A DNA stretch of 64,000 bases from Lingula anatina. Its lineage: Eukaryota; Animalia; Brachiopoda. The stretch lies in the NCBI GenBank assembly GCA_051362555.1, contig CM120644.1:9184954-9248953 (forward strand), written 5' to 3'. Shown here piece after piece: positions 1 through 14,399 of the stretch. Each line of letters begins with the position of its first letter. Position 1 is the stretch's first letter. The notes beneath the pieces are model-generated. The model was not told the DNA's origin, searched no databases, and was given only the letters and a program-made list of their open reading frames with translations. The position numbers and the translations under genes were made by a program.

Positions 1-957
1 CCGTCTTGCATACTTTTATTAAACTGAGGTAAACAATGCCCGTTACCTTTACAAGTCCTATCTTAATCATCCATCTAACTGGAACTTCCTTTACCTCTTA
101 ATTAGAGGGTTAAATGGCATTCAATTTGTCTTGCTTGTATCGAACGCACTCTCTATCTAAGCTTTTCTCCAGTTATCTCAGGTAAAAATCTACCTGTGCG
201 TTAGTTACAAAGCGCAGCTCCCGTAGACCTGGGGGTACTAGATAAAATCTGAACACCAGGTTTATCGAGGAGCTAGAGAAAGAAAGGAAGAATTTTTCCT
301 GCACAACTTCATAGGAATTTTAACACGGACTTGATCCAGCTTAGACCTCCAAACTAACAGGGTGACATGGGCAATTTTCACAAACAAATCATAAAACTAT
401 ATATCAGTTAACCGCCTTTAAAATAAATATACCGTTCTGGGTAAATTAAAATAGTTATTAAATTGCAAGAATATTTTTGACTTAAATGATGATTTTATTA
501 TTAATGGAAATAAAGCTACTATATGAGGTACATTTGCTGTGATTACGCTGTCCTTCATGTTTTGCGTAGGTCTACATTTTGCTGTATGTGCTTGTAATCT
601 TTTTAAATATGTGCGTACAATTTTTGCAGGTCTGGTTACCCCCCTGTTATGTGATGAGAGTATTAATTTGGCAATTAGTTCCTTAGCTTATTTGAATAGA
701 ATTGCAGTGTAAAATTTTCAACAAGATGTTGGCGAAATAGCCCATTACTCTTTGTAGGTATTTCCCCCGTCAAAGTTTGTCTAAAATTATCTTTCAATCT
801 TTACTCTTTCAAAGACAGTATAAAGTTACCTGACATATTTTCGTGTAAACTTAACGACAAGCCAAGTGTCTCCAGTTCATTCCGTACTCAATTTTACCCA
901 AGCAAATTTTTTTCTTGAGTAGATCTATATAGCACGGTGTTGTAAGCTTACAAATTT

Positions 958-992
<35 letters not shown>

Positions 993-1984
993 CGTACTGA
1001 CGCAGAATTTGCGTTTCAAGTTATAAAATGATCAATCTTTTAAATTATTTAATATTTCAGATGAAATAATCTTCAGAAACAAATCCTCAAAGCATAAACG
1101 AATTTGGATAACGAACCATTTTATTATAGCAGTTCCCAATTTTTCTTTAATATAACGCTCTTTTTCCTGTTTTTCCTCAACACGTTTTCTTCCACGGAAG
1201 CTTCAAGATACCCTGAGAGCAATTTCTTTTATTAATGTTCGCGACCGTGTTTGAACTTAATTGTTTAAGTATTGATATTTAACGTCATTTACAAATACCA
1301 ATAAAATAACCCCATGAAATAAAGGAGATATATTGAAAAATATCAAAGCCCACAAGACGAGTTTCATACCTGTTATTACCTGGCTTGGGAATTGCAGCGG
1401 TGCATAATTAACAGGTTTGTTGTAAACGAGCTTTTGGTCAACTACAATGCATTTAAAATGCATCAGCAATCAGTAAGTTTGCCAACTGACGACAGTTAAT
1501 CTGAAAGACTACCAGCTCTTGATATGATCTAAACCACCTGAGGTGACCATGATCTAGAGCATCGCAACTATTGTCACCGAAGTTAGTAAGTAAGTCACGG
1601 AAGACCGTCACAGACAAAGAAAGATTGTCAACGAGAGCTGCAATTTTGGTGAATCCCACGGCAACACACCGAGGCATAACGAAAATTCCTCAACTCCGTT
1701 CAACACAACTTTCATTAACTTCTCCGTCTGTACGCACCATGGAGCTCAGTTGAGTCTCATAGACCTTTATCGTGATTGTCGTCACAGTACCACGTGACCC
1801 AGATCTGTTGCTTCATTTTTGCATATTGAGGTGAGGTTTACTAAAACGCTTTTTTTCTACTAATAGATTGTTTTTATAATTTTTAAATGGCGGGGATCGA
1901 TTAAAACATACCTCTAGTGTATAGATTGAGTGCTGTATCTTCAAAATTCGAGAAATGGATTTTTACATGAACATTGTCCTTTAA

Positions 1985-2052
1985 GAAAAGGGACTGGCGT
2001 GATGCATATTGCACTGAGCTGATGGCGCCCCAAGTGACTTTTCTGCGTAACA

Positions 2053-2090
<38 letters not shown>

Positions 2091-2610
2091 CAGAGTTCAA
2101 GAAGGGGCCGCAAGCAAAATATACGTTTGGTATCAACATGTTTTTTATTATCCTCCTATATAAAAAAAACATCATGAAATAATGAGCAGTCGCTTACCAT
2201 ATAAATAAAGCAGCTGTGTTAAGCTGACTTGAATCTTCGACAGTAGAAACACTTAAATATGCGTGAACATCATACATCTCGTGTCCCCGGGTGACGGGGT
2301 GACTACTGATGAAGCTGTGACACACTGACGGGCCGTGACCGCGTTCCTTGTAGGCACTGACAATAATAACGTCGTTAATAAAACAAGATAGTGCCGCCAG
2401 GTATGTCGCCGTGCAATGTGTAATTACGGGGGACACCCAGTGCATTGATTTAATGGCTTTGAATTAACAAAAAAAAATGTACGAATCTAGTACGTCTAAG
2501 GGTTGTTATTGTAAGGGCAAAATATGCGTATAACAAGCTGTTTTATACATGTTTAATAAAGGATGCACAACATAAAACAAACGGTCTACCGTGCTGAATT
2601 CAACATACAG
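1985..2610 (+). repeat. Diverged dispersed repeat, copy A (copy B at ~12650-13185)
   Basis: Collinear blocks shared with 12650-13185: cccaagtgacttttc, ttcagag...ccgcaag, tgttaagctgactt, atgtcgccg..caatgtg, cgtcta.gggtt, gtgc.gaattcaa. Boundaries approximate. Confidence 0.6.
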
Positions 2611-5605
2611 GCAGGGTCTGTCTAATTAACGACCTCAAACGTCCACAAAAAAAAAATGATTGGGATATCATTAATATGTATTTGGCATAAGCAGAAATTT
2701 TAAGTTGGAAAATAACATATAGGCCTAGTGCACTAAGGGCGCATTCCCATATATTTTAGATCGATCTATCCCCGTGGGGAGTCTCACTAGATTACTGTCA
2801 GATAATCCGGCTTAAATATCCGTCCCGCCTACTACAAGCTGTAAGGGGGTAATTAACTTTCGTGCCCGCTCGGCTGACAGCTATTTAGCGTGAACCCCCA
2901 GGGAGTTAGGTCGATCTAGTTGGATCGATCTTCCTACCATTCTATGCCCGTGGACGCTTGTGGTCGCTCGTCGGCGCTTGTGGATATAAACATTCTTTCA
3001 GTAGACCTACAAATTAGGACACTTTATGCTGTTTTCCAATTTAAAATACCGTCATATGTCAAATGTGTATACATGAACTGATTTCCCAACCATTTTATGC
3101 TTGTGGACGTTTGCGGCCGTTTGCGGTCGTTAATTATAGTCTACACTATGTACAGACCGTAGTGGGGGTACAAGCGCGTCGTGTATGAATGCGATCCACG
3201 CCTCACTGCAATCGAAGCAGTACTTACTCCAAACTTAGGGACCATTCCCACATGTACTTGGATCGATCTATCTCCCTGGGGAGTCTCACTAAATTGCTAT
3301 CAAATTAACCAGCTTAAATGTAAAGGAACCCAGTCTAAGATTCCAGTGTGTTTGTGTGTGTGTGGGTGTGTGTTTGTGGAGAGAAAGAGAGAGAGAGAGA
3401 GAGTTCACACCACGAACCTTGTCAAGCTGTCATAATTTCTATTTCATGGCGGGAGGGGGGAGAAGTACTAGCATTGTTTTCTTGTTGCTGTCGCTGAATG
3501 ATTTTAATGCATGCCCATTAGTGATACTTCGCGTGTTTTGTTGTATTTTAGTTGTTATATTCTCATTGGGTGTGGGATAATCTGAAGGGTATTTAAATCA
3601 CTTGGGTGGCTTCTCTTTTACGACTGTATTAAAAGAGATTGCATGCGAGGATATTTCAAAAAGAGGTATCGTCCGTCATCGCCCAAGAAATGGACAAATT
3701 AAGTGGCCCCAGGGGACCCTAAATACCCTCTACTAGGGACACAGACTCGTTTCTCACAAGATCTCTTGCTAATGCTTGACACAGTTGTTTTATTCTGCAG
3801 CATGTTTTTTTTTCATGAAATAAATGTCAGCACTCAGCTGTTGTTTATAAAGTATCCCTCGACATCGTTTCAAATGATTTCCATCTTTGAGAGTGTAATT
3901 ATTGTTTATAGATTTTGCTAAAAGATGTTTAAATTAATAAATATTGAAGACCGATAACCATACTTAATGTGCCACATTTTTTAAGTCGTCAGTAAAAAGC
4001 ATAACTCTTTGTCCTTTCGAAACAATTTATACAGTACCTTCTAACCATAAGGAAGGCTTATAATGACGATATTAAGGCTAATTTGACCTTGAAGATTTTG
4101 TAGGGACTGACTTCGTTCTTTACCAGTACTCACTTAGGCTCTTCTACCTTTTTATGACAGTAACGGTCAAGGTCACAAGAGAGTAGAGACTGCTTCTATT
4201 GGCCGTTTTAATCTTTTCCACGTTGGAAATGGCATTGTGGGAAATTGAGTCCTTGCTATGTCGAAACACTTACAACGGTGCTGAAAACCATGTCTGGGTT
4301 TACGTGCTTTTTGTCCCGCTGCTGCAATAACAGTAAGCGAGATAGACACATGAGTTTTAATTAGTTCCCAACAAACCCGTTAGAATGGAAAATATGGTAG
4401 AAAGAAAGGGAAATTTAGCAGGTTTGGATCAAAAGCAGGGGACTGCGTTTGCGTCGAACATTTCGAAGGCGGGAGGAAAACCTAAAATATTAGGAGATCA
4501 ACGGTGCTTAAATAAAATACAGAAATGCCTAGTTAATCAACGGATCTAACGATATTGCTGTTAACAATCCAAAAACTCGAAACGCAAATATCTTTTAAAA
4601 TTCACCTTTATTGATCACGCACTTTGTAATGATGTAATAAAATGATATCGATATTGACATCTTGTAGTGATATCTTGTAGTAGTGAAACTAAACAAATAG
4701 AAATAATAATAAATAAATGAATTGCAATAATGAATTAACGAATTTCAAAATAATGAAATATAATAAATATGCAGAAAATGCAAATAAAAAGTGGAGAAAG
4801 AGAGAGAGAGCAACACGTATACGCAAATATCGACAATATTAATAAAACTATGAAACGTAAATATGTAGCTACAGGGTATAGTAGATTATACTTAACATTC
4901 GGCAACTTTAAAGCTTACATGTACATGCAACAGCAATGTTAATGTACATGTCAACTAAATATATATCGATATAAAAAGATGACTTTAAAAATATCACCTG
5001 ACTTATTTAACTACAAATAGGTGATATGACGGTTTACTAAATCTTATAGCCTCGAAATTAATCAACAACTAAATGTACATGTTCAAAGCGTTCTACATAG
5101 CTCACATTAACATAACATTCTGAGAAGAACAACCTGCTTTTACAGCGGACGTTGACAAAAACCACTCAAATATTCATAACCCGATTACCGCGACATTGCA
5201 GTAGCTGTGAAAACATGATTTATTTGTCGATGTCGACAACAACGAAGTATCGGCAAATATAACTCAGGGGAAAACAATGCGCAAAAAAAATTATAAAGTT
5301 TTGAAGAAAAAAATGAAGAATAGGGACCTAAAAAGAAAGAAAAGACTTTAAGCATGAAGTTATGAAAAAAGAAACTAAAAGTTGTTAAGTTTTACACGGG
5401 GTTTTCTACTTACAAAGAATTCAAGAACTTTCACGACTTCTTGTATAACAATAAAGAGAGGGTTTGAAAAGTTTTATGTATAATATCCTTTTTTATGTGT
5501 TTTGTTGATAAGTGATAATTTTAAATGTATTATCACAGGTTTTAGTCTCTCATAACCCTTAGCAGGGTGGGTCTTAATTATTTTTTAACGTGAGACGTTA
5601 ATAAA

Positions 5606-5667
<62 letters not shown>
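5606..5667. repeat. (ATT)n microsatellite, possibly a LINE 3' tail
   Basis: About 20 ATT units directly after aataaa. Confidence 0.85.
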
Positions 5668-6662
5668 GTATCCAGTCCCGTATTACTGATGTGTACAAAC
5701 GGGGCTCATATTATCAAGATCAACAAAGACATACAAAGAAGAAAGTACATCGTGTCATCGGCATAATAAAAAGTTATTTATTTTTGATCTCAATGATAAG
5801 TGAATTGGAAATTATAATGGACATACATTTATAGGCTATTGTTATTTAGAAAATGTAGACAAGCCTTTCTGTAAGCTACACGTGCATAAACCATATATGG
5901 TAAAGACATAAAATGGATAAAAAACATAATCTAACAACGTATTTGTATATAAAGTAAAACTAATATGCTGAGTATTAAAGTACGGATTTTTTTACTGTCT
6001 TAAATACGTGGAAAAGTATGAAATGTATGGAAAACACTTTACAAGTATTTGAATGATTTTATTGTCTATCACTGAAAACGAAGAAAATACGCATAAAAAC
6101 ATTCAAAAAATCAAATAATTTGGCCTCTTGCTGTAATTTTGTTTTCGTCTGACGGTTTTGTTTTAGTTTGGCAAAATCTTCACACTTGTCAGATCGAAAG
6201 TTTGACATTTTTTACCTGTCGTAAATTTTGTACATATACTAGTGTAAGCCACGGTAAACAGTGTAATTATCGTCTGGGAAGGAGTCGAAAATTGAAGTCT
6301 CACCTATTTAACACACAAAATTAGAAGGTTTTAATTACAGAGGAAAAATCGTAGTTGTGGCCGCCCCTCTTACCGAACAATTGAACAAGTAACACCTGAT
6401 GCCTTATCAGGTACCAAATGATTTAATCAGTTAACCGACGAACAATCTGAGTGCCAGTTTTACCTGTATACACAGTAGCTGCGAGTCAAGCAATGCAGGT
6501 AATCTTTTCATTTTGTTATTTGAAAAATCTCTTAAGACATCCTTCAAACAATACATAAAAATCGTAATGAATTGATACTACGTGTACCGGTACATGTACA
6601 CATGATAGTAAATGAAGTAATATCGCCACAGCTTGCATAGATACATGTGATATACGAATACG

Positions 6663-6778
6663 AGATACAATACGAGTCGCCGAGCTGTACCTGAAATATT
6701 ACGAGTGTATTGGCGAGCCGCAGGCAAGACAATACACGAGCAATTTTCACGTACAGCTCGGCGACGAGTGTTGTATCT
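6663..6778. repeat. ~116-bp imperfect palindrome (possible non-autonomous hairpin element)
   Basis: Arms agatacaa..gtcgccgagctgtac.tgaaa..gtgtattg and caatacac..tttca.gtacagctcggcgac..ttgtatct around the loop gcgagccgcaggcaaga. Confidence 0.65.
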
Positions 6779-7178
6779 GGCTTAAACCACCGCCTCTGAT
6801 TGGCCCCTGTGGCGCGCGGTTCCTGTCACGCGCACTTCTTATTTCCCCAAAAGATGAAAAAGGTCACTTGTATCTCTCACTTACCACGTGACAATAGAGA
6901 AGCAAATGGGCAACGGGTTTTCACATACGCTCAGTTCCTGCCTCGTCTACAGGAAGATATAAATTGATTGTTTTAAACATATGTGATTAAAAAAGCGGGA
7001 CGTTTTCTACAGAACTTAAGACTATACAACAATCCAGAACTAGTCAACGAAGCCAACAGAAATGTTTGCTATTACAGTACGAAGACATGCGACGATTTCA
7101 CGTTTTTTCAGTGCTGTATGCGATGAAAGTCGGTGTTCAATGTTAGGTAAACCTCCATTTCGCAGACTTGGAGGACCC

Positions 7179-9870
7179 ATGGCCTGGTCTGAACGTCCCA
7201 TTACTCCGGACACGGAGGGGAGCCAAGGGGTCACTGTACGCACAGGAAGAATGAAGGACGTCCCCGGAGTCTGGAAACTGACTGAGGAAGTCAAGTGGAA
7301 TAAACATCAAGACATGATTGAAACCCTCTTCAAAATGTGTGAAAATGGCTGGAATATAGCCGAAAAGGACGGAGATGTAGTGGGTAAGGATGTCTTCTAA
7401 AAACATCACTTTTTATATAGTAATTAATTGATTTACTGGTCTATGTTTGTCAATTCACTGTCTTATTCATTTGGCTAAATATTTTTCTTGTTTAATATAG
7501 ACAAAAATAGGCTATAAATTAAAAGTCGAAAGATCATACCTCAATGGTAAACAGACACATTTTGTCTTTTTGAAATAATTGACTTCCTACCCATTTACCT
7601 TATTTTCAATCTCTTTTCGTTATCATTAGTAGAAAGGTACTACCGGTACTTGCTTTCACATCGCCTTGCTTAAATGTGACTACTTAGAACTATGCATCTC
7701 AAAAAATTACTTGTAGCCTTAGAAGTCATTCTTGCTAATATGAGTATTGAATTATATCCATGTTCATGTACGTAAAATGGTTTACGTCATAACTTAAAAA
7801 GGTGAACTATGTAATTTAATCAGATATTAAGAAAAATAGACGTACAAGTAGAATCCCCAAATTTAATGTCTATTCAACTAACACCAGTGGGCCTGATTTG
7901 GTCTTAAAGTGCAATTTAAGTCCAAAGCTGGACTGAAGCAAATTTAAATTGATCTTAAGACTAAAAACGAACAAAAACTCCAGTGTGTAAGACTATAATT
8001 GGTCTGACTTCAACTGACGTGGCAAAGCAATTATCTCCAATCATACATTCAGTCTTAACTTTCCAGCTAGTCAGGTAAAGATAGCAATCAAGAAGATGGC
8101 CATTATGTGAGTAGCAAAGGGTGGTCTCTTGTGAAGTAAGTGCTAATTGCCTAATTGCTAAAGAGTGATTCAGATACCATCTCTTACTTACTTGATACAA
8201 GAAGTTATAACTTTATAACTTCTTGCTTGACAAGAAACCACCCTTTGCTACTCACACAATGGCCATCTTCTTGATTGCTATCTTCACCTGGCTAGCTGGA
8301 AAGTAAAAGTAGTTAATTTACCGTGGCATTTTTGTCATAGGCACGGTAAAACAATTTACAGCATAATTAATCACAAGGCTGATTCACATACCATCCCAGA
8401 CAATGTTTAAAGCAATGAAAGAATTGGTTATAGAAGTACTAGTGCAGCATACTTTTAATGTTTTGAAATCGAAGCTTAGAATTATAGCTTCACAAGCAAT
8501 AAAAAACCAGGTACATTTATTTCAAAATAAGACATGCCCTTTTACTCGTCACAAACAATTGAAAAGTCACTTCAATCTACCATGAAAATATACTGTTTTA
8601 ATGTTATTTAAAAACATATTATACTTTAAGTATTATATGTTAAAATTTCACATTTAAAACAATATTTTTTCTTAATTTTTGCTTTTAAAGGAAGTCTTTC
8701 TTTTCTTAATTAATTTTTCTGATCAAAAAGCATTTTATAGAGTATCGATAAACCAAATAAAATTTCCATCTACAGCTGTAACTAGGGGTGTACTAATATC
8801 ACTGAGTGGTACAATTTTGTTTCTCGGGAATTTATTTACTGAAAAAAGAAATCCAGTTCTTTCTTAGGTGGGGAAAACACATCTAACAAGACCCATGCTG
8901 TTTCGCCATGGCTGTATGTGGCAGACAGAGTTCTAAAATGAATTACTCCACCTCTGCTGTAATTATGGATACTTGGACTTCTTATGCAGGAAATTTAAAA
9001 GAGATTTTTAGGACAGATGCAGCAAGGAAATAATACAGCAGAGATTTTACCTTATCCTAACGTAAAGAATTTTTAAAATCAAGATTAATGCGAAATTGAT
9101 ATGATTAAATTATTCTATAATTTTGAATACTGATGACCATGTTATTAAAATGTTACTATGTTTCAAAAGTAAAAAAAGTATTGTAAAAAAAAAGTATTGT
9201 AAAGTAAAAAAAATTGTCAAATGTCAAAACATTTTAAAGAAAAATTGTTAAATGTAACAGTATGCTGCATTTTCCTTGCTTTTGAAATTAACTGAGATGG
9301 TATCTGAATCATTCTTAAGCAATAAGGCAATTAGCACTTACTTGACAAGAGACCACCCTTTGCTACTCACATAATGGCCCTCTTCTTGATTGCTATCTTC
9401 ACCTGGCTAGCTGGAAAGTCAGTCCAATATACAAAGTACACATAACATATATACTAACCAGTATACATTTTCTGTTACGAGCTCTTAAAGGAACTATTAA
9501 TGATTTTAGTAATACAAGTTACATAAATCCCACTGTATGAATACAGCACCTGTTTCATATTTACTATTACTAATTTTAGGTTGCTATCTATCGCACGAAT
9601 TTGATAGTGGCCTGAAGACAGCGGGTCATTTTATAGTCTCCCCAAAAATGCAGGGGCGTGGTGTTGGTGAGTATATATAATTATAATTTACATTAAAACA
9701 CATTTTACGCAGTAGTTGAGAGTCTGAGATATCACGCATTATTTATATATTACATATAGTGATATAGAAATGGCGTTACATCACTGGCGGTTGGCGCTGG
9801 TTGGCCCATAAGTTGCGAGTAACCATTTCTTCTTTATTTTGCTACACCCCCCCCCCCCCCCCAAAAAAAA

Positions 9871-9902
<32 letters not shown>

Positions 9903-11672
9903 AAAAAAGCAGGGATCTAAAACCAGGGCGCGAATTGCGACCGATATCAAGCAAGCGATACCTCGCTATTTGCGAGGGCGACTGCGCCCACCTGTTAACT
10001 CGAAGCCATAGCAAACGCAACGCAATTATAGCCTCAAACGCTACTAAAAGTCGATTGCCGCATAAAGTGAAGACGTCATAAAACAATTACACATAATGTA
10101 ATTTTATTTCAGTGTGATGCTAACGCAGAGATTGTTTTAATCTATAGGAATATCACATTCTAAACACTGATATTTGAAGTGTTTGACACCAATAAAATGT
10201 CAAAAAAATTCAATAAGCGAAGCCCACGTGTTTGGACTGACACAATTACTGATAACAGTACTTCTTAGTAGTGTTCTGAGTCTCACAATAACAGACACTA
10301 AGGAAGGCCAAGGAGTGACCGAATACTTTGTTTCTGCTTTGCCATTTTGTGTAGAAAATGAAACGATTAAATTTATAATTATTATCAATAGACTACACAG
10401 ATGAACTATATTCATCAGAAATATAAAATGATGTATGAAATGTTTAATTTTGAATTTTTTATGCATAATAAAACATGACTTTAGCATTCTTTAGCATTTC
10501 TATCAGAGGTACCGAGTGACTCAATCGTTTATAAGCTTTCATGCTTTGTTATATATGCTATTATGACTAGCAACCCAAACTTGCCGCCATGTTTAATTAC
10601 ATGAAAGACACTATAAAATGACGAATTATGCATGCGCAAAGGCCATTGGGACGGGATTTACTCATCGCAAATAATAGTCCAGAAACTAAAGGTGATTTCG
10701 CTACTAGCGCACGGTCGCGATTTGCGACGCTTTCGAGTTATGAGATGGCGAGGAATCGCCATGCTTGCGCCCGCTCGCAACGAGCGATGCTTTCGAGATA
10801 CGGGGCCCAGGCAAACAGATGAAACACTGTCCATTCCCTGTTTCATACAATCTATAGGCGAACAGTCATTGTCCTTATTCACTGTTTTTATTATGTCTTT
10901 TACTTTGTGCTCCCTCCTCTTAGCAACACCCTGGATCAGCCACTAATTACAAAAAGTAAATTTGATAAAGACTGCCTATATCAGATGGCGTATTATAATT
11001 CATAGTGATTTAAACCTGTACATGTATATTCTTTCAGGTGCTAAACTGATGAGCAAGTATTTTGAGGAATTTGGAGACAGGAATATTTATGCAGGCGCCA
11101 TCTCGCCCCTATTAGATACATATGAAAAGTACAGCGGCGCCCCACTTTCTAAGGGAGACACAGGGGGAAATTATTACGGCGTCTTCAAGAACATCCCTCT
11201 TCCACCAGATACGGAACAAAAATACCATATAATTGACTTTAGACATGTTGACATGTCGGACCTCATTGGCTATGATACGTCATATCACGTGGTACCAAGA
11301 CCGGAAATGCTGAAGATTTGGCTCGGCCAAACAACGGCAAAATCGCTTGTTTTGTTAGAGAAAGGGAAGATAGCTGGATACGGATCAATCAGACCTACTA
11401 TGAACGGTTTCTACCTTGGACCTCTGTATGCAGAAAATACAGTCGGAACCATGGTTCTCCTCAAGGGTCTGATAGACCTCATTCCACGAGATTCCAGCGT
11501 CGATTTTTTTCTGCCACATTCGAACGAAGCCGGTCGAGAGATTCTGAAGGCCAATGAAAGCACCATAGGGTTGTACGACACTTTTCACAAATTTGCTACC
11601 AAGAGGTATATACCAGTGCCAAAGTGGAATAATGTATTTGCATTACTCTCCAACGAATGTGCACTGTGCTAA
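7179..11672 (+). CDS. GNAT-family acetyltransferase with C-terminal YitH/HolE-like domain; exons 7179-7383, 9580-9666, 11038-11672 (308 aa)
   Basis: Phase-1 GT-AG junctions (G|gtaagg, ttttag|G, G|gtgagt, tttcag|G) join into one open frame of 927 nt. Acetyl-CoA motif A (FIVSPKMQGRGVG) spans the exon 2/3 junction. C-terminal GYGSIRP..GFYLGPLYAE is typical of YitH/HolE-like tandem GNATs. Confidence 0.85.
8058..9419. mobile_element. Foldback/MITE-like element in GNAT intron with ~125-bp inverted repeats and an extra internal right arm
   Basis: 8058-8183 is the near reverse complement of 9294-9419 and of a partial arm at 8227-8304. A small palindrome caagaagttataac/ttataacttcttg lies between the first two arms. 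Confidence 0.65.
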
Positions 11673-12649
11673 GAACACGCCCTTTTTGACTTTGTGAAAG
11701 TGTTTTTGGATTATTTCAATATATCTTTGGTTTGCTTGTATTTGAATTAGCGTTGTCGGGTTCTCAGTCAACTCATGGAAATAGTGCATGATTGATAACT
11801 TTTGCATCATTTAGAATGTTTTGTGACCGGAATGAATAAAATAGAAATGGCACGATAGCATACCTTCTGCACATCTTAAAATTTGACACCATTTTGTAAA
11901 AATGCACATGTACAATTAAATTTTTTTTACCATATTATCATGGGGTTGTAGGTGAACTGTATGTAGAATGACGCCACTTTCGACATTTCTATTGAAATGA
12001 ATAATGTACTCGAGCTCATTACGTCTCTCATGAGTCCGTCATCATGTGAAATTCAATTAACACTGCATGTTTAAATCAGACGTACAGTGCGCACTCGAAT
12101 ATGTATTTAAAAGGTCAGTTATTTTAAATAGTGGCATTGTAAAGTAAAAGTGTAGCCCCCCCTCTCCGCTCATAAATGAATCATATATATAAGTTATTAA
12201 AGTTATTTATGACAATGTATACCTAAGATAACACGTTCATTGCATTGAATACGAATTTAATTTCCATTTATGCACATTAGTTCGCAATTTTTGTTGGTCA
12301 TTTTGATTGTGTTAGAATATTTCTTAGATTACAGGTGACTTAAAAATAAAACAAAATTAGGAGCACATCCCCTTGTTATATACCTTACTTTTCATATTCA
12401 TAGTTAGATCATTAAAGCCTAGATTGCATTTTCCATCTGCACCGAAGGATGAAATCGTTTATGTTTTTTATCATTTTATTCTACTCTATTTTATTTATAT
12501 ATTTATTTTTGACATCGTAGGTAGCTACGAACTACGGCGAGGACGTTAACATTATCTGGTCGAATCTTTTGGTAACATTGGCCTTTCAAGGGGAATCGTA
12601 TTCAATATTTTTTACGCCATGCGGCCCCCGTGAGAGCTGTAACCTAGGC

Positions 12650-13185
12650 TTAAGAAATGGGACTCGTGCGATGCGCGTGGCCGAGGTGATGGAGCCCAAG
12701 TGACTTTTCGACGTAACAATCTAGATACTTCAGAGCATGTAGGAACCGCAAGTAGGACATACGTTTTGATATCGCAATGTTTTTTATTGTTCTCCTATCT
12801 AAGATAAATAATCGCAATTAAAGGTAATAGATAAAGTCAGTTTGTTAAGCTGACTTAATGTTTACTGCAGCATCACTTGGGTATGCATGTACATATCACA
12901 CACCTGGTGCCCCTGGCGTCGTGGGTGACTCCTAATCGTGCAGTGAGACTTCTGGTGAAAGGGATCGTAATCGCTTTGCATGAAAACTCTTACAATATCA
13001 GCGGCGTTACACTCATTACAAAACAAGGTAGTGTCCGTCACTAGATAGGAGATGTCGCCGCACAATGTGATATTACCAATGCAAACCCAGTATATCGGTT
13101 TAATGACTTCGTGTTTACGAAAAATATTTTATACAAATCTGGAACGTCTACGGGTTATTTTCGTGCTCAGTGCAGAATTCAATGA
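12650..13185 (+). repeat. Diverged dispersed repeat, copy B (copy A at ~1985-2610)
   Basis: Same collinear blocks as copy A; reading frames are not conserved between the copies. Confidence 0.6.
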
Positions 13186-14399
13186 GGTGACACGTATTTT
13201 AAAAACGACATAAGAGCTAAACAATTATGAAAAAATGTAGGAAATATTTCCCCCTGTAAGCACGAATCGAATCGTCATATGCAATCTACCCTGAATAATC
13301 AGTCATGTAGGTTATGGACTCGTGAGACGCGCACACTGGTGTAACATTAAAACGAATATCCTCACTACTTCCCCGAAATCAGGCACCAGTTCGCCACCAC
13401 ATGTACACACAGCTTATGCTTAATGTAGCACAGGCTTGGCAATATATAACCTGTAACTAACGGCTGATATATGGCATATAATGTCCGTACTGCAGGATAT
13501 CCGGCAGCAGCGATTGAAACGTCATCGTCTAGCGCTTGTTCTCTGTACTCTTTGTTATATCAATTCCAGTGAAGAGTGGACCATGTGTGTAATTCAGACC
13601 TGATAGGTGACCAAGTAAACGACTCATGTAGACGGGAGGGGAAGGAAAGTCGCTGCTACGTGTACCGGTAGGCCTAGCTGACTAGCTTGCATGTCTCCAT
13701 ATACTGGTAAGTATAGGTATGGAGTACGCTAGCTGTTGGCGAGAGTGTTTAGTGACTAATATAGTACATGTGCTCTCTGCTCCATTTCAAGCAGTTAATA
13801 TGGACTGTACAGCACCGTGTTTTTACCGGATTTGATCAATATTTGGACCATATTAAGACGACCGGTGACAGCATTATTACTACGGACTGACCTAGTTTTC
13901 GGATATGCTGTGCAGCGTCAGAGGTATATTATTTTAGGGAGAGGCGTGTGGTAAATGTCTGCGCGTCAGCATTTAAGGGATAATAACTGTTCGTTTTGGC
14001 CAAAAATGACTTTTCCTAGAGTAAACAACAATTTTCCCATACTTACCAATGGTTAACGAATCCATTTCTACATTCAAAGTTAGTCCCCGTTTTTTCTTTT
14101 TTTTTCTCTCTAAAAAGTTTTTTTTTTTAATAATCTCTGAAGAGATTATTGCAGAGTACAGCCATCTATGGAGGTCATGTGGTCTGACGACAAGCTCAGA
14201 TATCAGATAATTAGCTATAACTGCCGTTTTTATTGTGAAATATAGAGATCATACGAAGAGTTATTATACCTCTAACTACAGAAGAAATGAGAGATTGTGC
14301 GCTCCTTGTATAAAAATGCTATGTGTCATTTCAGGGGTCTGTTCCAGAATACAAGAATAGAAATACATCCAGAAGAGGTCGTCCGCAGAAGAAGTCAAA

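Noticed and set aside
1453-1677. THAP-like start (MPRCVAVG) on the minus strand
   Set aside because: It lacks the second Cys and the downstream P, W and C..H residues; at best a decayed relic.
9781-10086. Poly-Lys/Phe/Pro ORFs (also 14594-14950, 3181-3580, 16836-17063)
   Set aside because: They are translations of homopolymer or dinucleotide tracts. Parts of 14594-14950 are MS4A-like exons 2 and 3.
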